Source: a virus (taxonomy: Duplodnaviria > Heunggongvirae > Uroviricota > Caudoviricetes). Taken from it: a DNA stretch of 64,000 bases. The position numbers were made by a program, and so were the translations under genes. The stretch is taken from positions 1 through 64,000 of the IMG/VR virus record IMGVR_UViG_3300009709_000001; one strand, written 5' to 3'. This document shows, in pieces, positions 47,034-55,465 of the stretch. The notes beneath the pieces were generated by a model. It searched no databases. It had not been told where the DNA came from and worked only from the letters and a program-made list of their open reading frames with translations. How positions within the stretch are numbered: the first letter of the stretch is position 1; every line of letters begins with the position of its first letter.

Positions 47034-47273
47034 CTATACTTGTGTCAACTTGAAAATCAAATAATCTGGTTCTTCAAGATAGAGTGTCTCTGCCAATGTC
47101 TCTCGTTCCCTTGGAGGATAGTATGCATTGGATCTTACAACTCGATAATATGGTTTCCAGAAGATCCAACCAGTTCTCGTTTTCTTTGGGAAATAAGAAA
47201 AACATCGATGAATTATTGTATAATCCCCGATTTCATGGGGAGATCGAGCAAAATAAGAATCACTCAGTATCAT
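47034..47273 (-). CDS. Small hypothetical protein (paralog of 47270-47470)
   Basis: FSYFPKKTRTGWIF...YLIFKL. Confidence 0.55.
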   Translation of the reverse strand: MILSDSYFARSPHEIGDYTIIHRCFSYFPKKTRTGWIFWKPYYRVVRSNAYYPPRERETLAETLYLEEPDYLIFKLTQV

Positions 47274-47470
47274 TTTATATCACCACGAAGTTTTAAAATT
47301 AGATATTCATCTGTTTCGTAATAGATATCTTCCCATTCACCATTGCGATGATAAATCACTCGATGATAGAATTCTTCTAACCAGATCCATCCGGTTGTTG
47401 TTTTAGTTGGAAGATAGGCAAATATCTTATACACCTTTTCTGGATGAGGCCAGGTGACTGTTCTTACCAT
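47270..47470 (-). CDS. Small hypothetical protein (paralog of 47034-47273)
   Basis: FAYLPTKTTTGWIW...YLILKL. Confidence 0.55.
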   Translation of the reverse strand: MVRTVTWPHPEKVYKIFAYLPTKTTTGWIWLEEFYHRVIYHRNGEWEDIYYETDEYLILKLRGDIK

Positions 47471-47484
47471 AAATTTCTTTCGTG

Positions 47485-47507
47485 AAAAAGGGACCGAAGT
47501 CCCTTTT
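47485..47507 (-). terminator. Rho-independent terminator
   Basis: GGGAC-TTCG-GTCCC-T5 on the minus strand. Confidence 0.85.
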
Positions 47508-48045
47508 AATCCTTTACCGGCGGCAACTTATAGAAATCGTGATTTCCCATCGTTGCTGTCTTTTTCAGCTCATATTTCCAAGGTGGATTACTTGCGTTCG
47601 GGTTATGGAAGTGTGTTGCACCCTTCGTGTTGTCCTCGACGTTGCCGGACAGCACTGTAATCGCTACAATACTGGCGACTTGGAATTGATCAACAATCTG
47701 TTGATTAATCGTTCCGTCTTTGTTCTTTACTGGGATTTCTTTACCCTTCCTGTCATTGTCGCAGTACCACGAAAATGCGCAGATTACCTTTTTACTAACC
47801 CGCGATACGGCAGTCTGTTTAACCACCCCGCAAATAGTATTCGGGAACCGTGAATCATTCATTCGGTTGAGGGTAACAGAAGCAACCGCAAATTGACCTC
47901 TAATATCTTCGTTTCTTGCCTCATAGTAGATATTCTCTGCTAGGCAATAAGCCTCGTCTGGATTGATCTTGGTTGTATCAACATCTAATCCGACTATGTT
48001 GGCTGTCTGTAGAAGATATGCGAGGAGAAGCTTTGCTGTTATCAT
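47506..48045 (-). CDS. Cell wall hydrolase (SleB/CwlJ, Hydrolase_2)
   Basis: CLAENIYYEARNE...GQ.AVA.V.LNR...FP.TICGVV.Q, FSW, TKGATHFH, GNHDFY. Confidence 0.9.
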   Translation of the reverse strand: MITAKLLLAYLLQTANIVGLDVDTTKINPDEAYCLAENIYYEARNEDIRGQFAVASVTLNRMNDSRFPNTICGVVKQTAVSRVSKKVICAFSWYCDNDRKGKEIPVKNKDGTINQQIVDQFQVASIVAITVLSGNVEDNTKGATHFHNPNASNPPWKYELKKTATMGNHDFYKLPPVKD

Positions 48046-48112
48046 CTTACTTTCTCCTAAATTCTCATTCTTGGAAATACCAAGAGCTAATATTTAGCCA
48101 ATGAGTACACCC

Positions 48113-48141
48113 ATTATATACAATGTAAAACGGATTGTCAA
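48113..48141 (-). promoter_or_regulatory. Sigma70-type promoter
   Basis: TTGACA-17-TATAAT. Confidence 0.75.
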
Positions 48142-48179
48142 ATTTTGGATAAATAACACATTCCAGAAAGGATCCTTAT

Positions 48180-50009
48180 ATGAAGCTGAAACACATTAAT
48201 GAGAATTCGAGCATGCATCCCGATGACATTTATGCATCGGTTAAACAGACAATTGCCGATCTAAAAGCAAAGCAGCGACCATCTGCACCAAATCCAAATG
48301 CTGTTTATCCTGCAACAGGTGATGCACAATCTCAGGAAGATGCAAGATTCAGAAGAGAATGGCACGCCAATCAAGATGAACGCGAAGCCCGTAGAGGCCA
48401 TGGTCGCCTCGAGGAAGAGCCAGACGAGCTCGCAGGCCGTCATACTCGTACACCTGAACCACATCCTTACCGTAAGCACGGTACTCCATTGAATCGTCCT
48501 CCGGTTAATCCTGATTATCCGACAAAGCCATTCGATAAGAAGGAATGGGTTAAGTCATACATGAAGGAAGAAGATGACGAGCAGTTAAACGAAATCTCGA
48601 ATGAGGTGCTTGCCAAGTATAAGACCGCTGCCGGCAACGATGCAAGAAAGTCTGATGCCGCAGGCGACACAGCTCGTGGTAATAAGAGATTCAGTGGTAT
48701 CGTCAAGGCAACTAATAAGCAGTTCGATAACGATGCTAAAAAGCGTGCACCGGTAAAGACTTCTGAAGGATCGATGGGCGGCATTAACCGTTCTGCTCCT
48801 GCTGTCGATGTTAGCTACGAAAAGGTATTAGACAATCAAGGCGATGCAGTACAAGAAGAAATCATGACTGCATATGAAAATGTAGATCAGATTCAAAAAC
48901 CGATTGGATATGTTCTTGTTGACGGACAATCACAGGGAGTTATCGGCAAGTATGGTCCTGCACAGCGTGGCCGTGCTAATGCTCGTCGTGACAAACTTGA
49001 TAATGAACATGGTGCATATCGTTACAGAGTAACACCTGTATATGCTGGTGAGAAATACTCAGAGCTGTTCCAACAGACCGCACCAGTCAGCGAAAATAAG
49101 CATCGTACCAGAACTGCTGCAACCCAAGCAGGTCAGCCAAATTTTACCGATATCCTGAATAAGCAGAATCAGGATAAGACAGCCGCACAGCCTGCTAAGA
49201 GAGAAACGGTTACAATTCCATATCACGGCTGGGATATCAAGTATCGTCCAGCTGCCGAAGGTCAGAAGACTTCGTGGGTTGTAATTAAGGGTGAAAAGAT
49301 TGCTCAGAAGGGAGAATCAGATTCCGATGAATCTGCAGTTCGTGATGCTGAGGCTTGGATCAAGAAAGGTGCAGGACAAAATCAGACCATGAGCAAGAAT
49401 GCAACAATCGACTTTAATTCAAAGTTTGTGTCGACATTTGCTCCTAATGGTGAACAATTCTATTCGACATTTGTGTCACAGAACGGTCAACCTTATTTTG
49501 TTATTTCAAGCGAGCCACATGAAGGTCTAACCAAGAGCTCAATCAGAAGTGGTGCTAATTTCCCTTCTATTCATATCGGGCCAAGAATTGCAACTCCTGT
49601 AGGTTTGCAACCGCATGGCAGATATGTCATTGACTTGCAGGGTAAAGAGGAACTTGAGGATGGTGGAGTCTTTATGTATCCGCTTATTTTCCAAGGAATT
49701 ATACAGGACAAAAATGAGCGCGAGCATTTGGGCGGCCCAGGATTTACTGTCGCTTATTCGCGTGGAGTAGACGAAGCACTCGACCCTTGGCATGGTTATA
49801 CAAAAGACGATAAAAAGGCGAATGCACAGGCGAGAGCACCTAAGTATGCGAAGCAGGGTTCTGTAGAAGTTCCGTTCAGCGAACTCGTATGTGATACTAT
49901 TCGTAAGCACGGTATTCGTTGGGCATTTCAATTCTATGTTGTGAAACATGGATTGCCACCAAGACAGTTCAAGATATTTGCGAAAGACGCTCTGGAAAAC
50001 AGAGAATAG
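48180..50009 (+). CDS. Late, modular hydrophilic protein (possible processed internal head protein)
   Basis: 609 aa; TAAATA at 48150; MKLKHINE start; LNEIS..L..YK..A module; modules separated by xxE sites. Confidence 0.65.
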   Translation: MKLKHINENSSMHPDDIYASVKQTIADLKAKQRPSAPNPNAVYPATGDAQSQEDARFRREWHANQDEREARRGHGRLEEEPDELAGRHTRTPEPHPYRKHGTPLNRPPVNPDYPTKPFDKKEWVKSYMKEEDDEQLNEISNEVLAKYKTAAGNDARKSDAAGDTARGNKRFSGIVKATNKQFDNDAKKRAPVKTSEGSMGGINRSAPAVDVSYEKVLDNQGDAVQEEIMTAYENVDQIQKPIGYVLVDGQSQGVIGKYGPAQRGRANARRDKLDNEHGAYRYRVTPVYAGEKYSELFQQTAPVSENKHRTRTAATQAGQPNFTDILNKQNQDKTAAQPAKRETVTIPYHGWDIKYRPAAEGQKTSWVVIKGEKIAQKGESDSDESAVRDAEAWIKKGAGQNQTMSKNATIDFNSKFVSTFAPNGEQFYSTFVSQNGQPYFVISSEPHEGLTKSSIRSGANFPSIHIGPRIATPVGLQPHGRYVIDLQGKEELEDGGVFMYPLIFQGIIQDKNEREHLGGPGFTVAYSRGVDEALDPWHGYTKDDKKANAQARAPKYAKQGSVEVPFSELVCDTIRKHGIRWAFQFYVVKHGLPPRQFKIFAKDALENRE

Positions 50010-50034
50010 AAAAAGGCCCTTCAGGGCCCTTTTT
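50010..50034. terminator. Bidirectional terminator
   Basis: A5-GGCCCT-TC-AGGGCC-C-T5 between convergent genes. Confidence 0.8.
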
Positions 50035-50047
50035 GTTGACCGACTGT

Positions 50048-51430
50048 TTAACGAGCCGGTTGCTTTGCGCGTTCACGCATCTCAGTGAAGTTGGTCTCGT
50101 TCATGACTGCACCATTCAGGTAGCGAGTCTTCAACAAATCTTCACCCTTCGACTCTTCCAGACGATTGGTCTGATACTCGCCATTGACGAGGTTGAGTGC
50201 TAGGCGACCCTTCTTGCTCTTCTTCATCTTCGAAGTCACAGGTTCCTTGAACACGTCGACCCACTTGCCGTTGATAAATGCTGCCGAGCACTTCATCGCA
50301 AACTCGAGCGTATCGCGATTGATCTGTTGCAGCAATGCACCACCTTGACCGAATGCAACATTGTCGGCCGAATAGCCGTTCAATTCCATCACAGTCAGGA
50401 TAGCACGGATCATCGAATGGTCGATACCGTCACCTTGGATAATGCGAACATTGTTCAGCACACGGAAGCCCTTCGAGTTGATGGTATGTCCATAGTGCTT
50501 ATCCAGGATGCGCAGGCAGTCATTCACCACTTGCACAGGATCACCGGAGTCAGGGCGCACCACAACGACTGCACCGCTGTCGATGACTTCTTGCTTCAAC
50601 TCGGTACCCCACTTTTCGCAAGCGGCGTAGATGTCGTAGCTGTCCGACACACAAGCCAGCAATGCGCCCGGCTTACCGTAGAGCTTCAGCATGTTGCGAT
50701 ACGACTCGACTTCGTTTTCGCGTCCCCAGCTGGTGACGGTGCTGTGTTCCATTGCCGGAATACTGAAGCCAACAACGTCGGCATCGTAGTATTCCATGGC
50801 AGCCATCAGGCCGGAAACAGTGTCAGTGCCCATGAAGTTGAGCAAGTGTGCCATACCGCCGAGTGCAGCACTTTCCAGGCTGGACACACCGCGTGCACCG
50901 AAGTCGTGGAGCTTGAAGTCAATCAGCAACGGGTCGCCATTGCGTTCCAGGAATTCAGCGATGATAGTCTTGCTGTGATGGCTGTTGCTGGCAACCGTAG
51001 TCGGATACCAAATTGCGCGGAGCAATGCAGTTTCCAAGAAGCTTGTCAACCACCAGCACTTCGGATCAGTATTTACGATCGTGACCAGAACTTGCTTCAG
51101 GCGCATCACGCTGCCTTCGTCCACGGACTTGATTTCGACAGGCAGAATGCCGCCGAGTTCATTGACGATGTAGTCCCAGCCTTCGCGATAGAACGGTTCA
51201 CCGTGTGCGGTGATGATCTTCTCGGCTTGGTCGACCATTTCCTTGGTCACAGGGGTGGAAAGATATTCGCGGATGAACGCTTGGACCCCGACGAACACGA
51301 GTTGGTCGTAGATCTTGCTACCGCGAGATTCGATATACGAATAGACGTATTCGGTGCCAGCCGGATATTGTGCGAATTGGCTGTACTTGTACGAGTCCGT
51401 ATTGAGGATGATGTTCTTTGCAAATTTCAT
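50048..51430 (-). CDS. nadV: Nicotinamide phosphoribosyltransferase
   Basis: TDSYK, WYPTTVA, LHDFGARG, SIPAMEHS, VSDSYD, VRPDSGDP, IQGDG, FG.GG.LLQ..RDT..FA.K, KKSKKG. Confidence 0.95.
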   Translation of the reverse strand: MKFAKNIILNTDSYKYSQFAQYPAGTEYVYSYIESRGSKIYDQLVFVGVQAFIREYLSTPVTKEMVDQAEKIITAHGEPFYREGWDYIVNELGGILPVEIKSVDEGSVMRLKQVLVTIVNTDPKCWWLTSFLETALLRAIWYPTTVASNSHHSKTIIAEFLERNGDPLLIDFKLHDFGARGVSSLESAALGGMAHLLNFMGTDTVSGLMAAMEYYDADVVGFSIPAMEHSTVTSWGRENEVESYRNMLKLYGKPGALLACVSDSYDIYAACEKWGTELKQEVIDSGAVVVVRPDSGDPVQVVNDCLRILDKHYGHTINSKGFRVLNNVRIIQGDGIDHSMIRAILTVMELNGYSADNVAFGQGGALLQQINRDTLEFAMKCSAAFINGKWVDVFKEPVTSKMKKSKKGRLALNLVNGEYQTNRLEESKGEDLLKTRYLNGAVMNETNFTEMRERAKQPAR

Positions 51431-51483
51431 TTTGATAAACTCCTTATCATTGATGCCTAACTCTGTGCTAGGACTTGTGTTAA

Positions 51484-51512
51484 AGTGTAAGACAAATTCG
51501 TTTTGTTGTCAA
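51484..51512 (-). promoter_or_regulatory. Sigma70-type promoter
   Basis: TTGACA-17-TACACT upstream of nadV. Confidence 0.7.
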
Positions 51513-51745
51513 CTTGCCTCTAATTGGCGCACTATCACTCGATCTTTGTGAATCTTCAATTTCAGTATAAGAACACAACTCTCGTCGCCCAATGCTGCAT
51601 ATCTGATTGCCCTCTTATCGTCTTCAAGTGGGCCGGAGCTAGCCATATAATTGAAATCTTTGAAACCACAGCTTTCGAGAATTTCTTCGAATTTTTCGAA
51701 CCATTTCGGTGGATCAAGTTCGGCTGTAATTACATACCTTTTCAT
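51509..51745 (-). CDS. Hypothetical protein
   Basis: 78-aa ORF. Confidence 0.55.
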   Translation of the reverse strand: MKRYVITAELDPPKWFEKFEEILESCGFKDFNYMASSGPLEDDKRAIRYAALGDESCVLILKLKIHKDRVIVRQLEAS

Positions 51746-52068
51746 TTAATGCCAAGCGCTGCTCTTTCTGCAGGAGAAAGTTTGGCAAGACCTGCTTGCC
51801 TGAGTTCCTCCTTCTCCCTTTGTTCTTTTTCCCTCTTTCGGCGCGCATAATCTTTCGCTTCGTGCGCCTCACGCCAATTGAACAATTCGTGCTTGGTAAT
51901 GTCGGCCTCAACATAATCGAGCTGTTCGAGTGCTCCGGGACGACCACGCGCCCCTTTCGGAATCGGCTGTGCATCGAGTGCCCTTAACGAAGCACACAGG
52001 GCTGCTTCGAGGAAGGCAAACTGTTTATATAGATGATCCGATGGATCTTCATCTGTTCTGCAAGGCAT
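51742..52068 (-). CDS. Hypothetical protein
   Basis: MPCR start after AAGGAG; LC...W...H...D..R and L.KLS..ER.ALG motifs. Confidence 0.65.
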   Translation of the reverse strand: MPCRTDEDPSDHLYKQFAFLEAALCASLRALDAQPIPKGARGRPGALEQLDYVEADITKHELFNWREAHEAKDYARRKREKEQREKEELRQAGLAKLSPAERAALGIK

Positions 52069-52078
52069 ATTCTTCTCC

Positions 52079-53125
52079 TTATTTGGCGCGACCAATCATC
52101 GTCTGGATGATACTACGATGATCCTCGAACATCACTTCGCTCATTGCGAGTGCTTCGGAAATCGTAAACCACTTGGCCTCGATCGCGTCATCTCGTGGCT
52201 TCACCTTCGGCAGCTCGGCTTCACCAGTGTTCAGCTCAATCAAATAAGCTTGGGTCAGCGTGCGACCACGAAGCGAACGATCGGGCTTGTCGAACAATTG
52301 CGTATGGGTGATACTACCTTGCAGAACTTGCGGAGGAACCTTGATGCGAGTTTCTTCGCGCAGTTCGCGCAGCATGCCTTGAATGGCAGTTTCGGTCTGA
52401 TTCAGGAAGCCACCGGGAAGTGCCCACAGACCCTTGCCGGGTGCATTCTTGCGCTTGATGAGCAGAATATGACCACCCTGGATCACGACTGCATCAGTGG
52501 TAAAGAAAGTGGGTGCATACGGTGCCGATGCCCAACGTTCCTTGTAATCCTTGATGAAATTGTATTCCTCGACCAGGAGACTATAGTCTGCGGTCTTGGC
52601 AAAATCAGTCATGAACTCAAGGGTAGTCTTCGGAATGGCGCCCAGCAGGAAGTCTGCATGCCCTTCGAAATACAGTTCGCGAATCTTGGTTGCATCGATC
52701 GGATGCGATCCGTGTTCGACAAAACCGTCCAACGGAACAAATTTCCAGGTCGGGAATGCACGCAAATACCAGCTCGACTCGTCCTTTTCGTGACCGATGA
52801 TAACAATTTCGTCATCACGGATATTCGGATAAGCAGCCTTCACGGTTGCTTGAACTTCTTGAATCCACAGATTATCGTTGTACGAGTAATCGCGAATTGG
52901 AGAAACTTGGTAGTTGGTGGGAAGATATTGCATCATCTGTTCGATAAGGAACTTGCGTTCCACGAACGTGAACGGATTCTTGATGGTGCGTGGCTGGAAA
53001 GAACTGCCAACAAGAACATGCACATTTTCGGCAAGCGCGGCGGCCTGCTTAAAGATGGACAGATGCCCGTTGTGTGCCGGTTCATAACGGCCGATGAGGA
53101 CTGCGAGTTTGTAACGCTTGGACAT
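52079..53125 (-). CDS. nadM: Bifunctional NMN adenylyltransferase / Nudix ADP-ribose pyrophosphatase
   Basis: IGRYEPAHNGH, GS....KNPF, GH.KD.SS.YL..FP, ATKIR, Nudix box ALPGGF...E......RELREET. Confidence 0.93.
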   Translation of the reverse strand: MSKRYKLAVLIGRYEPAHNGHLSIFKQAAALAENVHVLVGSSFQPRTIKNPFTFVERKFLIEQMMQYLPTNYQVSPIRDYSYNDNLWIQEVQATVKAAYPNIRDDEIVIIGHEKDESSWYLRAFPTWKFVPLDGFVEHGSHPIDATKIRELYFEGHADFLLGAIPKTTLEFMTDFAKTADYSLLVEEYNFIKDYKERWASAPYAPTFFTTDAVVIQGGHILLIKRKNAPGKGLWALPGGFLNQTETAIQGMLRELREETRIKVPPQVLQGSITHTQLFDKPDRSLRGRTLTQAYLIELNTGEAELPKVKPRDDAIEAKWFTISEALAMSEVMFEDHRSIIQTMIGRAK

Positions 53126-53217
53126 AATTGGCTCCCAATTAAGTTGATGAAGTATAGAGATCGTTTCCCTATACACTATTTAGCCTTTAGTTTAAGATAA
53201 GGCTCGCTTTTGTCAAA

Positions 53218-53502
53218 TTACCAATTAGATTTGTTAGAAAGGCGCCTAACAATTTCGTCGGCTTCCCGTTGCTTCTCGTCAGTGAATCGACCCCACTGTT
53301 CGTATGCATATACACCGACAGTGTAGAGAAGACTGATTATTCCTACAGAAATCAGGAGCAAGAACACGTACAAGAGGCCTACAAGGCCAAAAATTGCACA
53401 TGCCGGTGCACATAGCAGAATGGAAAAGAAACAGATCGCAACCATGCAATCCGGTGCATCGTGCTTGTCCCACCACCATTTAATGAATTGAAAAAGTTTC
53501 AT
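53218..53502 (-). CDS. Small two-TM membrane protein (tandem family, copy 3)
   Basis: FIKWW, two hydrophobic segments, W..F...READEIVRRL. Confidence 0.65.
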   Translation of the reverse strand: MKLFQFIKWWWDKHDAPDCMVAICFFSILLCAPACAIFGLVGLLYVFLLLISVGIISLLYTVGVYAYEQWGRFTDEKQREADEIVRRLSNKSNW

Positions 53503-53744
53503 ACGCCCTTCAACTTTCTGATAATTCGTTCAGCTTCACGATCTTTATAGTCGAGAAAATGTCCCCAACTTTCATACCATGCAAATCCGAGGAGCATAGC
53601 TAGTCCGACCGCACCAAGGGTTGCAATTCCTGCATTTATGGCGAATGCTGAGCAGACAATTAGCGATAGGAATATACAGATGATACTTCCTACAGTTGCC
53701 ACACGACCTTCGATCCACCATTTCAGAAACTGGATGAATATCAT
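53499..53744 (-). CDS. Small two-TM membrane protein (tandem family, copy 2)
   Basis: FLKWW, two hydrophobic segments, W..F...REAERIIRKL. Confidence 0.65.
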   Translation of the reverse strand: MIFIQFLKWWIEGRVATVGSIICIFLSLIVCSAFAINAGIATLGAVGLAMLLGFAWYESWGHFLDYKDREAERIIRKLKGV

Positions 53745-53992
53745 TTATCGCCTTTCAGTATATTCACAAGCCTCTGTTCCTCGAATGCTTGATTACGTTT
53801 AAAATCAGGCCATTCCATTAACTGGAAAGCACCGACAAAGAACAGAATTATTCCTGCCATTCCGAGCATGACAACGAATCCGGCAAAATATGCACATAGC
53901 ACCAGGTACGGAATCAAGAAATACAAGAGGATATGTATAAACTCTTTACCCTTTTGGTAAAACCAGTTCTGGAATTTGAAAAAGGTTCTCAT
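53741..53992 (-). CDS. Small two-TM membrane protein (tandem family, copy 1)
   Basis: FQNWF, two hydrophobic segments, W..F...EEQRLVNIL. Confidence 0.6.
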   Translation of the reverse strand: MRTFFKFQNWFYQKGKEFIHILLYFLIPYLVLCAYFAGFVVMLGMAGIILFFVGAFQLMEWPDFKRNQAFEEQRLVNILKGDK

Positions 53993-54099
53993 TTCTCATC
54001 TTTCTGCTTAGCCAGCTCGTTAAATGCTTCCTCTTCCTCCGGAGTCCAATCCGGCTCTGGTGGAGGAAGTGGAAGCGGTTGCTTATCGTCGGGTGTCAT
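53989..54099 (-). CDS. Very small Pro/acidic protein
   Basis: 36 aa MTPDDKQPLPLPPPEPDWTPEEEEAFNELAKQKDEK, overlapping both neighbours. Confidence 0.45.
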   Translation of the reverse strand: MTPDDKQPLPLPPPEPDWTPEEEEAFNELAKQKDEK

Positions 54100-54860
54100 T
54101 TAAATTCCACATGGGTAGAAACTTCAAACTTGCCGTGGTTCAGAGACAAGATTAGACCTGTCAAGAAACCACCTTTACCACAACCAGTATCGATAAAAAT
54201 GGCACGGCCACCGTTGCTGTTTCGACGTTCCAACGGAGCATACAGAGGTTTGTTAAACACAGGAGTACGATCGTGTCCAACAATGATCGTCTTTCCCATG
54301 GGGACCTCGTTTACCCAGTTGTACAACCGAACAGGATAACCGTCTTCATCTTTCTCGCCGTTGACTTCGCCAAACAATGCTCGCGACTTGGCTTCGCTGC
54401 CAAACTTCAACGTAGAATCCCACATTGCAGGATGACTTGCAGCGTGAGCAATGGCAATGTCGTCAAGTTTATGATACATGTCCGAAACAACAGGCATATC
54501 GATAATTTCTGTATACATCGACAGGAACTTTGCTTCGCGTTCTGCACCGACGTCGGCTAATGTCTTTTTTGCGTCGCGACTGAAGCTAACTTTTGCACTG
54601 GCAGCATAGCGATAGAACTTATCGTCATGGTTGCCACGAATAAACCCGCCGGTGCCGGCTTGCATACGCGCATGCATTAATTCTACGACCTCATAGGGGT
54701 TGTCACCACGGTCAACCAAGTCGCCAGCAGACAAGAAGAACAAGTTGTGTTCCGTTGCGTAATCGGATGCAGCCTTGAACTTCTGGAAATCGCCGTGCGT
54801 GTCCCCGACGACTAATGCGCCGCTAAAACTTGCTCGGATGACGTTTGCGATTGTAGACAT
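54096..54860 (-). CDS. Metallophosphoesterase (calcineurin-like; Pnkp phosphatase-type)
   Basis: GDTHG, GDLVDRG, RGNHD, AHA, VGH, IDTGC. Confidence 0.9.
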   Translation of the reverse strand: MSTIANVIRASFSGALVVGDTHGDFQKFKAASDYATEHNLFFLSAGDLVDRGDNPYEVVELMHARMQAGTGGFIRGNHDDKFYRYAASAKVSFSRDAKKTLADVGAEREAKFLSMYTEIIDMPVVSDMYHKLDDIAIAHAASHPAMWDSTLKFGSEAKSRALFGEVNGEKDEDGYPVRLYNWVNEVPMGKTIIVGHDRTPVFNKPLYAPLERRNSNGGRAIFIDTGCGKGGFLTGLILSLNHGKFEVSTHVEFK

Positions 54861-54943
54861 AACTTTCTCTCTGCCAACATTATATTATTGTCAGCAAAAA
54901 CTTGCAACTGGATGTGGAAATCCGGCACATGGCCGGATATAAC

Positions 54944-55141
54944 TTAATGAGGAACGTTAGCTTTCGAGATGAATATGTTCATCTTTTCTGCTTCGGCAAT
55001 GACCTCCTCAGTGGTCGGGGAACTTACTTGGTTATCTGCATTTCTAACACCGGCCGCTTTGTGTTTTGCAGCGCATACCTCGAAAGATAACTGCAAAAGT
55101 TCAAGTCTGATCTCGTACGGCGTCTTGCTTGTGGGCTTCAT
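54944..55141 (-). CDS. Small hypothetical protein
   Basis: KTPYEIRLELL...PT.EEVIA.A..M..FI. Confidence 0.65.
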   Translation of the reverse strand: MKPTSKTPYEIRLELLQLSFEVCAAKHKAAGVRNADNQVSSPTTEEVIAEAEKMNIFISKANVPH

Positions 55142-55150
55142 CTATTTTCC

Positions 55151-55465
55151 TTAGTTTGTGATAATCGAGCTCTTCTGAGGAAGAGCAATTCCTGTGGTTA
55201 GGCTTTCATATTGGCTTTCGAATTCCGGGACAGCTTCGCCACTGCACAAGATCAATGATGCACTAAGCTTCATTGCCTTGTCGGTGTCGGCCAACATAAC
55301 GAAAGGTGCAAATTGCAATCCCTTCGGTCCCATTGCCAGCGTCAAAGGCTTGGTAATCAAGAAACCATCAGATAGTTCATCTTTTACCGTAGCGATAATT
55401 TCTTCGCCGCTAGATAGTTTGAATGTGTAGATATATGGTGTTTGTTTTGGTTTTTGTAATAGCAT
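55151..55465 (-). CDS. Hypothetical protein (Sm-like fold possible)
   Basis: FKLSSGEEIIA, KPL.L...G..F.P, Y...TTGI. Confidence 0.65.
   Translation of the reverse strand: MLLQKPKQTPYIYTFKLSSGEEIIATVKDELSDGFLITKPLTLAMGPKGLQFAPFVMLADTDKAMKLSASLILCSGEAVPEFESQYESLTTGIALPQKSSIITN

Noticed and set aside
51475-51497. NrtR DNA operator upstream of nadV
   Set aside because: Only weak dyad symmetry with no convincing GT-N7-AC palindrome; the segment overlaps the -10 box.
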